Positions 22,871-35,845 are shown, counted from the stretch's first letter. The stretch is DNA of 46,437 bases from Octopus bimaculoides (GCF_001194135.2 NC_068996.1:25476306-25522742), one strand, 5' to 3'. Numbers and translations: made by a program. The notes: generated by a model not told the origin, from the sequence alone.

Positions 22871-23250
22871 ATGGTGATAATGATGATGAATAGAATAAAA
22901 AGTAGCACTTAGAATATGTAGCAGAATTTTACTCTAAATTATATCATTACATTCACTGAGGAATGTGATTGCAGTAAGAACCTCAGAGTAGCAAATGGAT
23001 GATGTTGAGATTTCACTCATTTGCTACTCTGAGTTTAATTTGAACTGAATGCACTTAGGTTTGCGTTTTTTTAAAAATTAAAATATTGTAGGGTGGAATT
23101 TTGTTGATTTTTAGCAGATCAAGCGACCATGAGGAAATTTCCATTTTTTCCCTTGCTTTCAATGAGTTGGAAAATAAAACACACATACACAACCATGCAT
23201 ACATACAAAACACACACACACACACACAAAAGCGCATATGTTTATATATG

Positions 23251-23332
23251 AATACAGAGACTGAGTGGTTGAGGCGATGGACTAGAAATCCATTGGGGGC
23301 TCTCTGCGTAGGTTTGAATCCGATTGGTGACA
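23251..23332 (+). pseudogene. tRNA-Ser(AGA) pseudogene
   Basis: CTGAGTGGTTGAGGCGATGGACTAGAAATCCATTGGGGGCTCTCTGCGTAGGTTTGAATCC closely follows the metazoan tRNA-Ser-AGA body (intact anticodon arm and variable arm); acceptor stem does not pair, B-box has C>T. Confidence 0.85.
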
Positions 23333-23675
23333 ATTAGGTATTTAAGTATTTTATTTTTAAAGGCAGTGCTCCAGCATGGCCACAGTCAAATGACTGAAAC
23401 AAGTAAAAGAGTAAAGAAGATATATATATATATANNNNNNNNNNNNNNNNNNNNNNNNNNNNNNNNNNNNNNNNNNNNNNNNNNNNNNNNNNNNNNNNNN
23501 NNNNNNNNNNNNNNNNNNNNNNNNNNNNNNNNNNNNNNNNNNNNNNNNNNNNNNNNNNNNNNNNNNNNNNNNNNNNNNNNNNNNNNNNNNNNNNNNNNNN
23601 NNNNNNNNNNNNNNNNNNNNNNNNNNNNNNNNNNNNNNNNNNNNNNNNNTATATATATATATGTATGTATATATG

Positions 23676-23731
<56 letters not shown>

Positions 23732-23812
23732 AAAAGAGAGAGAAAGATAGAGAGAAGTGAGGGAACATGTTGGATCAGAAACTGAAAATAATATACAAGA
23801 AATATACTTTAC

Positions 23813-23909
23813 CACAAATGTTGCAGCAATGTCCTGTTGGTCTTACTGGGGACTGGCACTGTGGTTTCTTGCAGAATGGTGAATGCATTTTACATATATT
23901 GTCAAAGAT
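23813..23909 (-). CDS. AMN: Amnionless-like, coding exon 4 of 4 found (VWC-like Cys-rich)
   Basis: TTAATTTCAG acceptor, 97 nt IFDNICKMHSPFCKKPQCQSPVRPTGHCCNIC-G, GTAAAG donor; cf. AMN C..ALRPQGQCCDLCG; phase 0 matches previous exon. Confidence 0.9.
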
Positions 23910-24109
23910 CTGAAATTAAATATTCATATTTTCAAAAAAGATAATCTTATTTTTATTTTGCAAAGAAGAAAAAATGCTGCTTTAATAAAGGTCTTGGGGA
24001 AAATAAAAATATATGATTGATCAACAGGGTTTGGTATAGCAATCAAGAAGTCAACAGTTTGTTTTTATCATCATTGCTATGTTGTAAATGCACCAACTTT
24101 AAAAATCGT

Positions 24110-24472
24110 TCACATTAAAACTATGTTGGAATTAGACTTGGAAAGTTTGTGAGGAACCCATTGACCCAATTTGCTGACTTTTGCGATGGCATGCAGGTAT
24201 TGATGAATGGTTAAATGACCAAATCCAAGCTTCTCTGCCAGTTCCTCAACAGTTATGATAGGATTTTGTTCCACCAGGGTTTGCAGGGTGTTCTCATCAA
24301 GCTCTGCAGATCTTCCAGGATAAGGCTTGTCTTCTAAGCTGTTGTTTCCAGCACAGAATGTTTGGAACCACCATTGACACTGGCTTGCACTTATTGCCCA
24401 ATCCCCATATACTGCATTAATATTCCTCACACTTTCCGTTGCATTGTTGCCTATATTAAACTCATAAAGTGA
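24110..24472 (-). mobile_element. Mariner transposase N-terminal fragment
   Basis: NATESVRNINAVYG..LEDKPYPGR..TVEELAEKLG..LGQWVPHKL (HTH + WVPHEL motif). Confidence 0.85.
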
Positions 24473-24645
24473 NNNNNNNNNNNNNNNNNNNNNNNNNNNN
24501 NNNNNNNNNNNNNNNNNNNNNNNNNNNNNNNNNNNNNNNNNNNNNNNNNNNNNNNNNNNNNNNNNNNNNNNNNNNNNNNNNNNNNNNNNNNNNNNNNNNN
24601 NNNNNNNNNNNNNNNNNNNNNNNNNNNNNNNNNNNNNNNNNNNNN

Positions 24646-24685
<40 letters not shown>

Positions 24686-24688
<3 letters not shown>

Positions 24689-24845
24689 ATGGGCTTCTTT
24701 CAGTTTCCGTCCACCAAATCCACTCACAAGGCTTTGGTCAGTCTAAGGCTATAATAGAAGACACTTGGCCAAGATGTCATACAATGGGACTGAACCCAGA
24801 ACAGTGTTGTTGGGAAGCAAACTTCTTACCTCACATCCACACCTG
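24686..24845 (-). mobile_element. SINE family A, 5' half
   Basis: Reverse complement of family A head and core. Confidence 0.75.
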
Positions 24846-24850
24846 TATAC

Positions 24851-24891
<41 letters not shown>

Positions 24892-25251
24892 TAAATGTTT
24901 ATGTACATACATGAATATAAAACATTAAGCATATGACACTGTTCTATGTAACTTTGTATTGATGAAATTGTTACTTTAACTTAGTTCATACAATTTTTGT
25001 TAATGGCTTGTGAGATTGCATCCGGTTGTGAGATACTTAATTCTTTTTACTCTTCAATCAGTCTGGAATCAGGTATATTGCTTGTCCAGTCTTGTGTACA
25101 CTGTGAACATCATGACATCCATATAATGCAAAATCTCCATAACAACCTTATCTCAGTTTCATATAGTGCTGTCTATTATTGTTAATGATTGTAGATAATT
25201 AAAGGCAATTAGAGCATTAGGCTTGCTGTTCTCTGTTCTCTCAAAGCAATT

Positions 25252-25537
25252 TTATTTGAGGATGGTCATTTTTACTATAAACACATGTATTATTTGGCCT
25301 TCACTTCAGCTTTATTATTAGTTTATTTTGTCAAAGTTCTTTCATCACACATTTTGTGACCTCTTCAATGACAACTTGTTCTTCTTAGAAAAGAAGAACA
25401 AGTTGTTTCTGGCCTTATTCTATTTACTCCATCTTATCTTTCTGTGATACATATTTCTGTCTCTAATAATAATAATAAATCTGAAGTGAAGGCCAAATAG
25501 TACAATTGTTTATTGGCAAAATGACCATCCTCAAATA
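25252..25537. mobile_element. Foldback MITE with about 70-bp TIRs and a central perfect hairpin
   Basis: TTTGAGGATGGTCATTTT..ATTTGGCCTTCACTTCAG is inverted at about 25468-25535; ACAACTTGTTCTTCT / AGAAGAACAAGTTGT at 25371-25406. Confidence 0.75.
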
Positions 25538-25642
25538 TAGCAATATCTGTTTCAGTACATGATTTCATATCAAGAATCTTGCGAAACAAGATAGAATTTT
25601 ATTTGAATTTTTTCGTAAATAATTTTGTCATACATATGTAAG

Positions 25643-25965
25643 GTGAAGACACATGGTTTAGTGGTTAGGGTATGTGGCTTAAGATCATAAGTCACTAGTT
25701 AAATGCCTGGTGTCATGTTGTGTCCTTCAGCAAGACATTCTTTTTCACATTGTTCCAGTCCACTCAGCTGGTAAAAATGAGTTGTACCTTTAATTCAAAG
25801 GGCCAGCCTTGTCACACTCTGTATCATGCTGAATCTCCCTGAGAACTACATTAAAGGTACATGTGTCTGTGGAATGCTCAGCCACTTGCACATTAATTTC
25901 ACGAACAGGCTGCTCCATTGATTGGATCAGCTGGAACACTCATTTTCATAACTAACGGAGTGCCA
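25643..25965 (+). mobile_element. tRNA-derived SINE family C, full length
   Basis: TGGTTTAGTGGTTAGG A-box-like head, GTGTCCTT.AGCAAGACA..CCAGTCCACTCAGCTG core, tail ..ACGGAGTGCCA; second copy at 42175. Confidence 0.8.
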
Positions 25966-26007
25966 GTCTACATACATAAGAGAATGAAATGGAGAAAATG
26001 ATCTCAC

Positions 26008-26166
26008 CGGGCTTCTGTAGTTGCCACAATCACAACTAGCCGGATCAATACATGGTCGTCTTCTTATTGTCATGTGGGACTCATTTTCATCAGGTTTATA
26101 AGACTTGAAATATGTTTTGCCTACCTTGGAGTTTATGAAGTTGGAAAATGTGTTTGTTGAGAAAGA
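26008..26166 (-). CDS. AMN: Amnionless-like, coding exon 3 of 4 found
   Basis: TTTCTCCTCTTTTGCAG acceptor, 159 nt SFSTNTFSNFINSKVGKTYFKSYKPDENESHMTIRRRPCIDPASCDCGNYRSP, GTGAGA donor; cf. AMN CADPSGCVCGN; phases 0/0. Confidence 0.9.
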
Positions 26167-26424
26167 CTGCAAAAGAGGAGAAATGATCAACAGTAGAGTA
26201 ACATTGCTATAAATTATGTTAATGACAATGAATTTAAGTCTTTCTTGTTTGTAAGAAAGTAAAGTTTTGTTGAAGAATATTTCACTGCTATATTAAGAAG
26301 GTTAATTTATAACATAGCTTCTTTGCTGGATAATGATTATAAACTAGCAATTCATAAGAAATATTGGTAAAATGTGTTTTAATTAGTACAGGATTTCTTT
26401 TTCAGAGAAAAATGGATTTAAGAG

Positions 26425-26655
26425 AATTACATGGCAGTGAGCTGGCAGAATCGTTAGCATGCTGGACGAAAAGCTTAGTGGTATTTTGTCTGCCATTACG
26501 TTCTGAGTTCAAATTCCGCTGAGGCTGACTTTGCTTTTCATCCTTTTGGGCTCAATTAAATAAGTACCAGTTACACACTGGGGTCAATGTAATCGACTTA
26601 ATTCCTTTGTCTGTCTTTGTTTGTCCCCTCTGTGTTTAGCCCCCTGTGGGCAATA
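26425..26655 (+). mobile_element. SINE family B, full length
   Basis: GAGCTGGCAGAATCGTTAGC head, GTTCTGAGTTCAAATTCC, tail GGGCAATAAAGAAATA. Confidence 0.8.
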
Positions 26656-27045
26656 AAGAAATATATATATATATATATAGTTCAAATTTATAGAAAACAA
26701 AGACAGACAGGTGAGGGAACAACAAGCAGGTGTATCAGTTTGACACTTGGGAAGAATGGAAATGTCTTTGATTTTTTGAGCCTCTGCTCTTGAACAGATA
26801 GGAATGAGAAGAAAAAAATGGAAAGAGAATGCAAACAAATAGAGAGAGAAAAAATATGTAAGGATTAACAGTTTAATATGATGAAATATACATACATCTA
26901 CATAACAGCAGTTGATGTAGATGTTGGTTGGTTAGTTGATTTCTCCAGTTATGCTTTATATCATATGGAGAAAGGGGAGAGAGGGTAAAAGATTGATACA
27001 GAAAGAGAGAGAGAGTGAGAGATAGAGGGGAGAGAGAGTGAGATA

Positions 27046-27098
<53 letters not shown>

Positions 27099-27329
27099 TT
27101 ATCATAAGAGGTGTAGGATGAGTGGAGAGAATGATCATAGACGAGTAGGAGAAGGAGGAGAGGTAGTAAATAACAGAGTAGTAGACAGAGAGGAGTTATA
27201 GAGAAGAGAAATTTGTTTTATTTGGTTTTATTATAAGGTAATGAGTATTTTTCTTTTGAAAATTAATATTCATTCCATTATGTTTGTATAAACACCAAGA
27301 ATTTGATAAAAGTTAAATTATTATTATTG

Positions 27330-27745
27330 TATGTCATATTCCCTGATATTACTCGTGGCTGCAAAAGTTTCGAAGTTACCCGACTTCTTTATGCTCACTG
27401 CGGTCTCTCACCCCTTGAAGGAACTCTTCTGATGAAGAGACTACAGTGGTTTGGTCACATGTTTCGGTGCCCCCATGATGAATATGTCTGGAATGTGATA
27501 GCATCAGATCCTCCTCCAAGTTGGTGTAAGTGGAGAGGTAGCCAGCTGAAGATGTGGCTCATGACAGTCAAAGAAGATATGGAGCTTGTTTCTGGTCCTT
27601 GAGTCTTTGGCATTTGTCATTGGAACTGGGAATGGCTTCAGCATGCTACAGAATCAGCCACTAACAGACGTGAATAGGCTACTTTGACTTGTAATGCAGT
27701 AAACTCAATGGGAGCTGGCTTAAATACTCCCGGGTGAATGCCATA
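27330..27745 (+). mobile_element. RTE-clade LINE C-terminal fragment
   Basis: KRLQWFGHMFR..WCKWRGSQLKMWLMTVKEDME. Confidence 0.7.
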
Positions 27746-28289
27746 ATATGACAAGATAAGAAGGCCCCTCATATAACGAGTAGCACTTTAGTTTCCTTTA
27801 TTTTGAAGGGAATGAACAAAAGTTCACTCTCTTATGTGTGTGTGTATGTATGTATGTATGTATGTATGTATGCATGCATGCATGTATGTTATCAGCAAGG
27901 GAGTTTTCTGGGATATTTGTTCTATATGGTGCAGAATATGCTACAGAGTACAAACTGTGATAAGATGAAAAGGTGGATCAATAGGAAAGCATGGGTAGTG
28001 AAGGTAAAAGTGCCATTGCAAAGTTCGGAAACATGTGATACTCTTCATAATGCACTTGACAACATTGTCTTTAATGGACTTGATATAGGTTCAAAACAAG
28101 TTTACAAAGCTGAGTCAATGTACTCAGTCTTAGAAGACAGAATATCAAGATTGGTTTGATGATGCTATTGTCACCAGACTTATTGAAGAAAGGAGTAAGT
28201 TGTATGAGCAGCTCCTTTTTAGAGGAGGACATGATGTGGGCCACTTTTGTGAAAGGCCTCAAAGATGCAAAATCTAAATTCCAATTCTT

Positions 28290-28800
28290 TTATTCTTTTA
28301 CTTGTTTCAGTTATTTGACCGCAGTCATGACTGCAGTCATGCTGGAGCAGCACCTTAAAAGGTTTTTTTCAGTCAAAGAAATTGACCTCAGGGTTTATTC
28401 TTTGTAAGCCTAGTACTTATTCTATTGGTCTCTTTTGCAGAGCTGCTAAATTACAGGGATGTAAACACATCAACATCAGTTGTNNNNNNNNNNNNNNNNN
28501 NNNNNNNNNNNNNNNNNNNNNNNNNNNNNNNNNNNNNNNNNNNNNNNNNNNNNNNNNNNNNNNNNNNNNNNNNNNNNNNNNNNNNNNNNNNNNNNNNNNN
28601 NNNNNNNNNNNNNNNNNNNNNNNNNNNNNNNNNNATATATATGCCACAAGCCTCTTTCAGTTTCCATCCACCAAATCCATTCACAAAGCTTTGGTTGGCC
28701 TGAGGCTATAGTAGAAGACACTTGCTCAAGGTACCACATAATGGGACTGAACCTGAACCATGTGGTTGCAAGCTTCTCACTACACAACCATGCCTGCACC
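28290..28800 (-). mobile_element. SINE family A spanning an N-gap
   Basis: Tail at about 28290, head at about 28800. Confidence 0.8.
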
Positions 28801-30391
28801 TAAAAAATATGGAATGCTTCACAAATTTGTGTGTTGTCCTTGTGCAATGTGAAACTTTTAGGATGAAAAAATTTAGCAGTAAAGCAGTGAGCTTATAATG
28901 GCATAAACTTGAAAGCATTATACAGCATAACAAGGGAATTGTTTGGTCCATAGTCCTGAAAAGTGGTACAATTGAAGTCAAAAGATGGGTGCATCCTCAT
29001 TAGAGATCCAGCACATACCATAAAATGGTGGGCTGGACACTTTAAAGATATGTTGATAACCCATCTATAGTTGATCATAAAATTATTAATGGACTGTTAC
29101 AAAAGGAGGTTATGATAGAGATAATGAAGGATCCAACTGTTGATGAGATAGGGTTAGGGTAAGTTTATGGTCTGGACCACATATCTGTTGAGTTGATTTG
29201 CTTTGGAGGAGACAATAATTGTTATGGCAATTCATAGGCTAGTTTTATCTGTATAGCATGGCAAGTCTGTCCGATAAAACTGGGTGGATTCAGTTATGCT
29301 TTCTATTTACAAAGGCAAGGGATCCAAGTCTGAAAATGGTGACTGTCATGGTATAAGCCTGCTCAAATCAGCAGATAAAGTTCTGTCTAAGGTTTTGTTG
29401 AATTGATTGATAAGATAGATCTGCCCTGGTGTGTATTCAATGTGGATTGAAGGTTGAGTGGGTAACTACGGACATAATTTTCTCAGCTCACCAGCTTAAG
29501 GAGAAATGCAGCTGATCAGGTTTCTGTGGCTCTTACCAAGGCCTTTGAAACTGTTAATCATAGGGCATTGTGAGTCATATTAGCGAAGCTTGGATACCCT
29601 CCTGAATTTGTTGGGATATTTAACGAGCTTCATCACAACATGAATTTCCAATTTCAGTGGAAAATTGTATCAAACAGGGTGACATATTGGCACCTATTCT
29701 GTTCTCTATATACTTTGCTGTGATACTATCACATACTTTCCATGACTGAAATTGGTGTTTACTTGCAATTTAAAGCCTCTGGCAAAGTCTTCAATCTAAG
29801 ATGTCTCAACATCAAGTCAAAAAATTTTTGACATTCTTATCAGAGAACTTTTTTATGTTGATGATTTTGTAGTTCACTCAGTAGATGTGTAGATGATATT
29901 GGACGTCTTCTGTGATGTGTGTACTGCATTTGGACTTCACACATTAGTGTGAAGAAGGCAAAGATCATTTACACTCCATCAGTTGGGGAAGCATGTGTGG
30001 AGCTTGATACCTTTGTGAGAGGGAAAAGACTTGAAGTGGTGAACAGCTTTGTGTATCATGGAAGTAAACACAATTGAGATAGTACTCTTGATGGCAAAAT
30101 AAATCATAGGATTGCAAAAGCTTGTGCTGCTTTTCGAAAACTCAAGAGGCAAGTTTGCTCAGATCAGGATATCACAAGAAACACAAAACTTTCTGTGAAT
30201 GAGGCCTGTGTTCTTACAGCCTTGCTATATGAGTGGGAAATGTGAACACCTTACCAGGTGTTATATCAAAGCTGTCGGACAGGTTTCATCAGTACTTCAC
30301 CCTCTATATTCTCTTACACATATGATGATGTTATACTTGAGAAAGCAGGTAGTACCAGTATTGAGAAAAGAATAATTTTGAATTAGATGTA

Positions 30392-31638
30392 CAAAAGAAA
30401 CCACAATTTTGCAATATTATTTCATTCACTTAGTTTTACATGTTTACACTCTTATCGCCTTCAAAGCATTCTTCATTTGAAGCAATGCATGGGTCCAGAC
30501 ACATTTACCACTATTGAAAGCAGTGCCGGAACTCTTGCTAAGTAATGCTTTTTAACTGTCATTTTTTCCTTCACTTCTTCCACATCTGCAAAACGTTTTC
30601 CTTTAAGGATCTTTTACATTTGATGGAACAAAAATAGTTGCAGGGAGCAAGATCAGGTGAATAGGGAAGGTGGATAAATGGGGTCATGCCATTTTCGGTC
30701 AAAAACTGTTTCACACTCAAGGTGGTGTGCAATGGTGTATTGTCATGAGGAAACCATCACTCTCCGCTTTGCCAAGTAAAATGTCTGATTAACAGTTTGA
30801 CCAGGTGGAACAAATATTGTGTGGAAAAGTCCTTTCACATCAATGAAACAAGTCAACATCATCTTGACATTGGACTTCACTCGACCCACTTTTTGGGGGC
30901 ATGGTGACATTGAATGCGTCCATTGACTTGACTGCTGCTTCATTTCTGGGTTGTAGCCATAGAACCAGCTTTTGTCACCAGTGATGACCTTCAAAAAATG
31001 GTCCGGATTAACTTCCAACTGTTCTTTCAGTTCATGACACACATTCAATCATGACTGCTTTTGATTTTCCATGAGCAAGTGAGGCACAAATTTTGCTGCA
31101 ACTCTTTTCATTCCCAATTCCTCGATCAAAATTGGTTGGGAGGAGTTCCAGGACACACTACTCAAATAAACAAGTTCGTCAACTGTTTGGTGACAGTTTT
31201 CTAAGATCAGTTCATGAATTTCCATGATGTTTTCATTCGTCTAGGAGGTTGACAGTTGCCCTGAATGAGGCTGGACTTCAAGTGACAAGTGACCATTCCT
31301 AAAGTGTGAAACCACTTGTAAACTTGTGTTTTGCTCATGGCAGTGCCTTGCAAGCTGTTTGAAGCATGAGAACTATTTCGGCCATTCTTTTCCCTAGCAG
31401 AAAACAGAATTTCATGAAAGCACACTGTCCCTTCATTTTAGCCATCACAAAAATTGATGAACAGGGGAGAAGTACTGCAAAACAAAGATGCACCATGTCA
31501 CAGTATGACATCACCTGCCGCCAGTCAGTAGACTGATGCCTGAAGGTCACATGAAGTGGCTTCTAGTGGCAGAAGCCTGAACTACAATGGACTTGTCCTA
31601 TAGGGAATGTTTCCAGTTACTTTTGGATATTCCCCTTG
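30392..31638 (-). mobile_element. Mariner DNA transposon, near full length, decayed
   Basis: TA at 30390-30391 and 31639-31640; transposase motifs KTQVYKWF, VITGDKSWFYGYNPEMKQQSSQW, GQTVNQTFY; left TIR partly deleted. Confidence 0.88.
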
Positions 31639-32389
31639 TATTGGGTTGGCCATGTCAGAATGGATGATGGAAGGATACCTAAACAAGTTTTTTTTCCATG
31701 AAGAGTTGACCAAAGGCAAAAGGCTACAGCATAAACCAAGGAAAGTGACATAAGGATGTGATAAAAGGCAATCTTAAAGCTTTGATGACAGATGTGGTTA
31801 ATTGGGAGGCATTGGCTGAAAAACCATGCATCATGAATAAAGATTGTTAAGAATAAATGCGATGTCCGTGAGCAAAAGCAAGTGGAACATCAATTCTGAA
31901 GTATTCACTCTGTAAGCATGACTCAAGTGGAGTGCTTACAAAAATCCAACTGAAATTGAAGTGTAATGAGTGAGTGGATAATTTCTTCTCTCAAGAGCTG
32001 GATTACTCAACCACCTAAACTCACATGAACCAAGGAAAAATCAAGCAGCTTGCAAGATGGTTCTATTGTCATGTCCTCTGCAACACACTTGTAATGAGTG
32101 TGGCTTGATATTGCAAGTCAGCTAGTGGCCTTGACCAGGCATGGTAAGATACATGAGATCACAATCAGCTGGTGATGCCAGAAGACAAACAGTTCAAATG
32201 TTAAATCTGTGGATATACTTTCAGGTACTTGGTTATACAGGGTTCAATAAAAAGATGGCACTCTTCTGACAAGAAGGGACAATCAACATATATGTATGCA
32301 TATATGTGTGTATATACACACACACATATCTGTATGTATGTATGCATATGTATATGCATGCATGCATGTATGTATTTCTTGGAGTTTTA

Positions 32390-32630
32390 TGTAAGTTCTT
32401 ATTTCTTTATTGCCCATAAGGGGCTACACACAGAGGGGACAAACAAAGACAGACAAATGGATTAAGCCGATGATATTGACGCCAGTGCATAACTGGTACT
32501 TAATTTATCGACCCTGAAAGGATGAAAAGCAAAGTTGACCTTGGCGGAATTTGAACTCAGAACGTAGCGGCAGACAAATACTGCTAAGTATTTCGCCTGG
32601 CGTGCTAACGTTTCTGCCAGCTCACCGCCT
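32390..32630 (-). mobile_element. SINE family B, full length
   Basis: Reverse complement of the 26425-26655 type. Confidence 0.85.
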
Positions 32631-32869
32631 TCTGTCTTTGCTTCATGTAAGTTCTTATGAGAATTCAAGCTAGTCACTAACAAATCAACAAAACTTTTTG
32701 AGTTAAAAGAGTTTCCAATATTTGTAAATATGTAGTTGAGTTGGTGTGTTGGTTGAACTGTTGATGCACACACCCAAGTGCGTGCATCTATTTATTTAAA
32801 GAATCTCAGATGGAGAATCTTTGAAATTTCTCACAAATCTTTACTGTGCCACTAATAGAATGGATTTGG

Positions 32870-33590
32870 AGAATCTGCATCAGTTTCTTTTGCTTTTTCT
32901 ATTTTTTGTGAAACTTTGTGAAGCTCTGTAAAGTTGAGCATTTCTTGGTTTTTGTGAAAATTTGTTGGTATGTAACCTAATGTACCTATGATGATAGGTA
33001 CAATGAAAATTCATAGTCAGTATGCAAGAGCTGTAAATGTTCTCTTTCTCCTGGACTTCTGATTCTACATTCACATCTGTTGGGCAGCTGAACCCTACAA
33101 TAGTGCATGACTTTTGTTCTCTGTCCTGGAGAATAATATCAGGTCTGTTATGTTTGCACTGAATTAATGTTTTTATTAGGATGTTCCACCAATATTCCTT
33201 GTTTTAAAGGTGTGTATACCTACTGGTTCTGACATGTCTTTGATGTATATATCAGGACAGTCCTTCTTGCAAAGATAGCATTGTAAATAGCCTTTGCAAC
33301 TATATCATACCTCAGGGGCAGGTAGTACCTCATAGATATTGTGGGGCAGCTGCTGATCATGTGGATGATATCTTCCACACTGGTATAGCAGAGCTGGCAT
33401 TTTTATGACAATGTGGAGATTTGGTGTTATCTTTGTCCCTCTTGTTTATTAAGTATTTAGTAAGTATCTCCTGTTCCTGGATAACAAAAGCATACCCTTC
33501 TAGGTAGGATGTAATGTATCTATCACAGGTTCAGGAGAGACTACTCTTCTTGTCCATGCTGTTGTTGCCCTCTATTTTATGTATGTATAT
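32870..33590 (-). mobile_element. R4/Dong-like LINE 3' fragment (CCHC + RLE)
   Basis: Minus CQLCYTSVEDIIHMISSCP..RYYLPLRYDIVAKAIY and FIVPIIIGTLGYIP. Confidence 0.8.
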
Positions 33591-33859
33591 ATGTATGAAT
33601 GCATGTGTGTATTTATGTATATGTATATGTGTATTTATGTATATGTATTTATTTATATATGTATATGTATCTAAGTCTTTAGGGAAATTTGGCTAGTATT
33701 TCTGGCAGGCCAGTCTCCTTCATTGACATGAGGAATCCTCTACATGTCAATCTGTAGTGTAGAGGTCAGCATCTGATGAAATAAAGTCTATAAAACGGGG
33801 TTCCATTCCTAGCTGAGACATTTCATGTCACTGGATCCTCTCTTCTGTAAAATCCTGGC

Positions 33860-33953
33860 CAACAGAGATGGCGAAAGAAAGAGAAATAGTGAGAGAGGGC
33901 GAGAGGGGAGAGAAAAAGAGAGAAAGAGAAGCAGTGAGAGTGTGAGAGAGAAA

Positions 33954-34031
<78 letters not shown>

Positions 34032-34080
34032 AAAAGAGAGAGATAGAGAAAGAGATGGCAGGAGAGAAAGGGAGATAGTG
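33860..34080. repeat. Compound (GA)/(GT) microsatellite
   Basis: Directly visible. Confidence 0.9.
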
Positions 34081-34479
34081 ACTATCAGGCTGATAGGCTG
34101 ATTATCCTCAATGCACTGCATGTGACACAAAACATTTTGTGATAACCTATTGACCCACCAACAGTCATAGATAGGACAATAACATTTCATGCAATGTTAT
34201 TACCAGTTCAAATATGCTTCTCTTCCCCCTCCATAATAACATTTCATTCTATTTAGTCTGTTTCCTCCTTGACAAGGAAAGAGATTAGTTAATGCTGCCA
34301 GTCACTGAAACTGTGAAACTGTGACTGATGAAGTAAAGGAAATGTTTCTTTTGACAGTGCTCATGATCCCTGTAACCTATTCCAACCTCACTTCCCCTCA
34401 TGACACCAGCGAGGTTGATACCATTAGAAATGACAACCAAATTTCTCTCAAAGTCACCTTCACTCCTTTTGTATCTTCT

Positions 34480-34779
34480 TTTATTTGTTTCCCCTCATTG
34501 GGCTGTGCCCATGTTGGGGCATTGCCTTGAAGGATTTAGTCAAATAATATGGCCCCAGTCCTTATGTTTTTTTTACCTAAGTCTGGTACTTTTATCAGTT
34601 TCTTTGGCCAAGGTTACGGGCTGTAAACAAACTAACAAAAGTTGGCAAGTGGTAGTGGAGGACAAATGCAATCACACACGTGCATGCAGACACACACACA
34701 TGTACACACATATACATGTGCGTATGTGTGTGTGTGTGTGTGTGTGCGTGTATGTGCGAGTGCGTGCGTGTGTGTGTGT

Positions 34780-34814
<35 letters not shown>

Positions 34815-35160
34815 ATCTTGCTTGAAACATTGAGGAAGAAAACTAGTGTTACAGAAGCAATTCAGAAAGAACAATGAATATAAAAAATAACAATAACAAA
34901 AATATTGAAATGCAATCTTAGAAATACAGGTTTCAAATTTTGGCACAAGGTCAACAATTTCGGAGGAGGGTGTAAGTCATTTGCATTGATCCCAATGTTC
35001 AACTGATACTTATTTAATTGACCCCCAAAAGGATGAAAGGCAAAGTTGACCTCAGCTGAATATGAACTCAGAACAATAAAGATGAACGAAATACTTTCTA
35101 CCTGGTCTGTCAAGCATTCTGCCTGGTCTGTTAATAATTCTTGCAGCTGACTGCTTTACA
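34480..35160 (-). mobile_element. SINE family A 3' half, (GT)n, and a family B-related SINE
   Basis: Matches to copies elsewhere in the window. Confidence 0.65.
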
Positions 35161-35571
35161 ACCTTAGAAATATTTAGTCTTGATATTTCAGATAAAATAT
35201 CCCTTTTCAAAAGCATAATCCTCACTAACCTTGTAAAGAAACATTCTCTGATACCCTGCTCTCATTGAATGCAGAGCAATTTACACTAGAGCACCTTACA
35301 TTACTGACTATGAGAGATGTTTAATGCTTGTGGAGGCGAAAAAGGAGGAGGAGGAGATAATGTAGTATTGGGTGTGTTATTTCTGAATAACAGAAGGGAT
35401 GAAACACGGACGTTAAATAATGAGGAGAGTGAAGATGATGATGGTCATAGCAGGAATATTTTTATCATAGTTATGTTGTGCCAGAGCTGACACAGAGCTA
35501 AACACTTAAAAAAAATTACCACTTTTATATCCTATTTAATGTGTTTATATTATAGGAGTGCTGTAATACTG

Positions 35572-35845
35572 TAGTATTCACTCTGAGGAAATCTCTCATA
35601 TAGGTGTCTGGTGTATAAAAACACAGAGATGTTGGTTGTAGATTAAAAATGTCAAGCATTGGTGGGCAGAACAGTTATATCATGTGATTTCAGTAGATAC
35701 CTGTTGCTGATGAAGTGTAATACATACTGAAATCACATGATAGAACAATTCTGCCCACCAGTGCTTGAAATTTCTCATCTGCTAATATCTCTGACTTCTT
35801 ATACATTAGACACGTATATAAGAGACTTTCTCAGGGTGAATACTA
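35572..35845. mobile_element. Foldback element (about 123-bp arms, 29-nt loop), TA-flanked MITE-like
   Basis: TAGTATTCACTCTGAG..TCAAGCATTGGTGGGCAGAACAGTTATATCATGTGATTTCAGTA is inverted at 35725-35845; inner 44 bp have 4 mismatches. Confidence 0.8.

Larger units (their letters stand above)
27950..32200 (+). mobile_element. Long decayed RTE/BovB-like LINE interrupted by a SINE and a mariner
   Basis: YQDWFDD (about 28145), RT region 29100-30370, resumes after the mariner as WVGHVRMDDGRIPKQVFF. Confidence 0.8.

Noticed and set aside
23251-23332. Functional tRNA gene
   Set aside because: Acceptor stem cannot pair and the T-arm/B-box is mutated; called a pseudogene.
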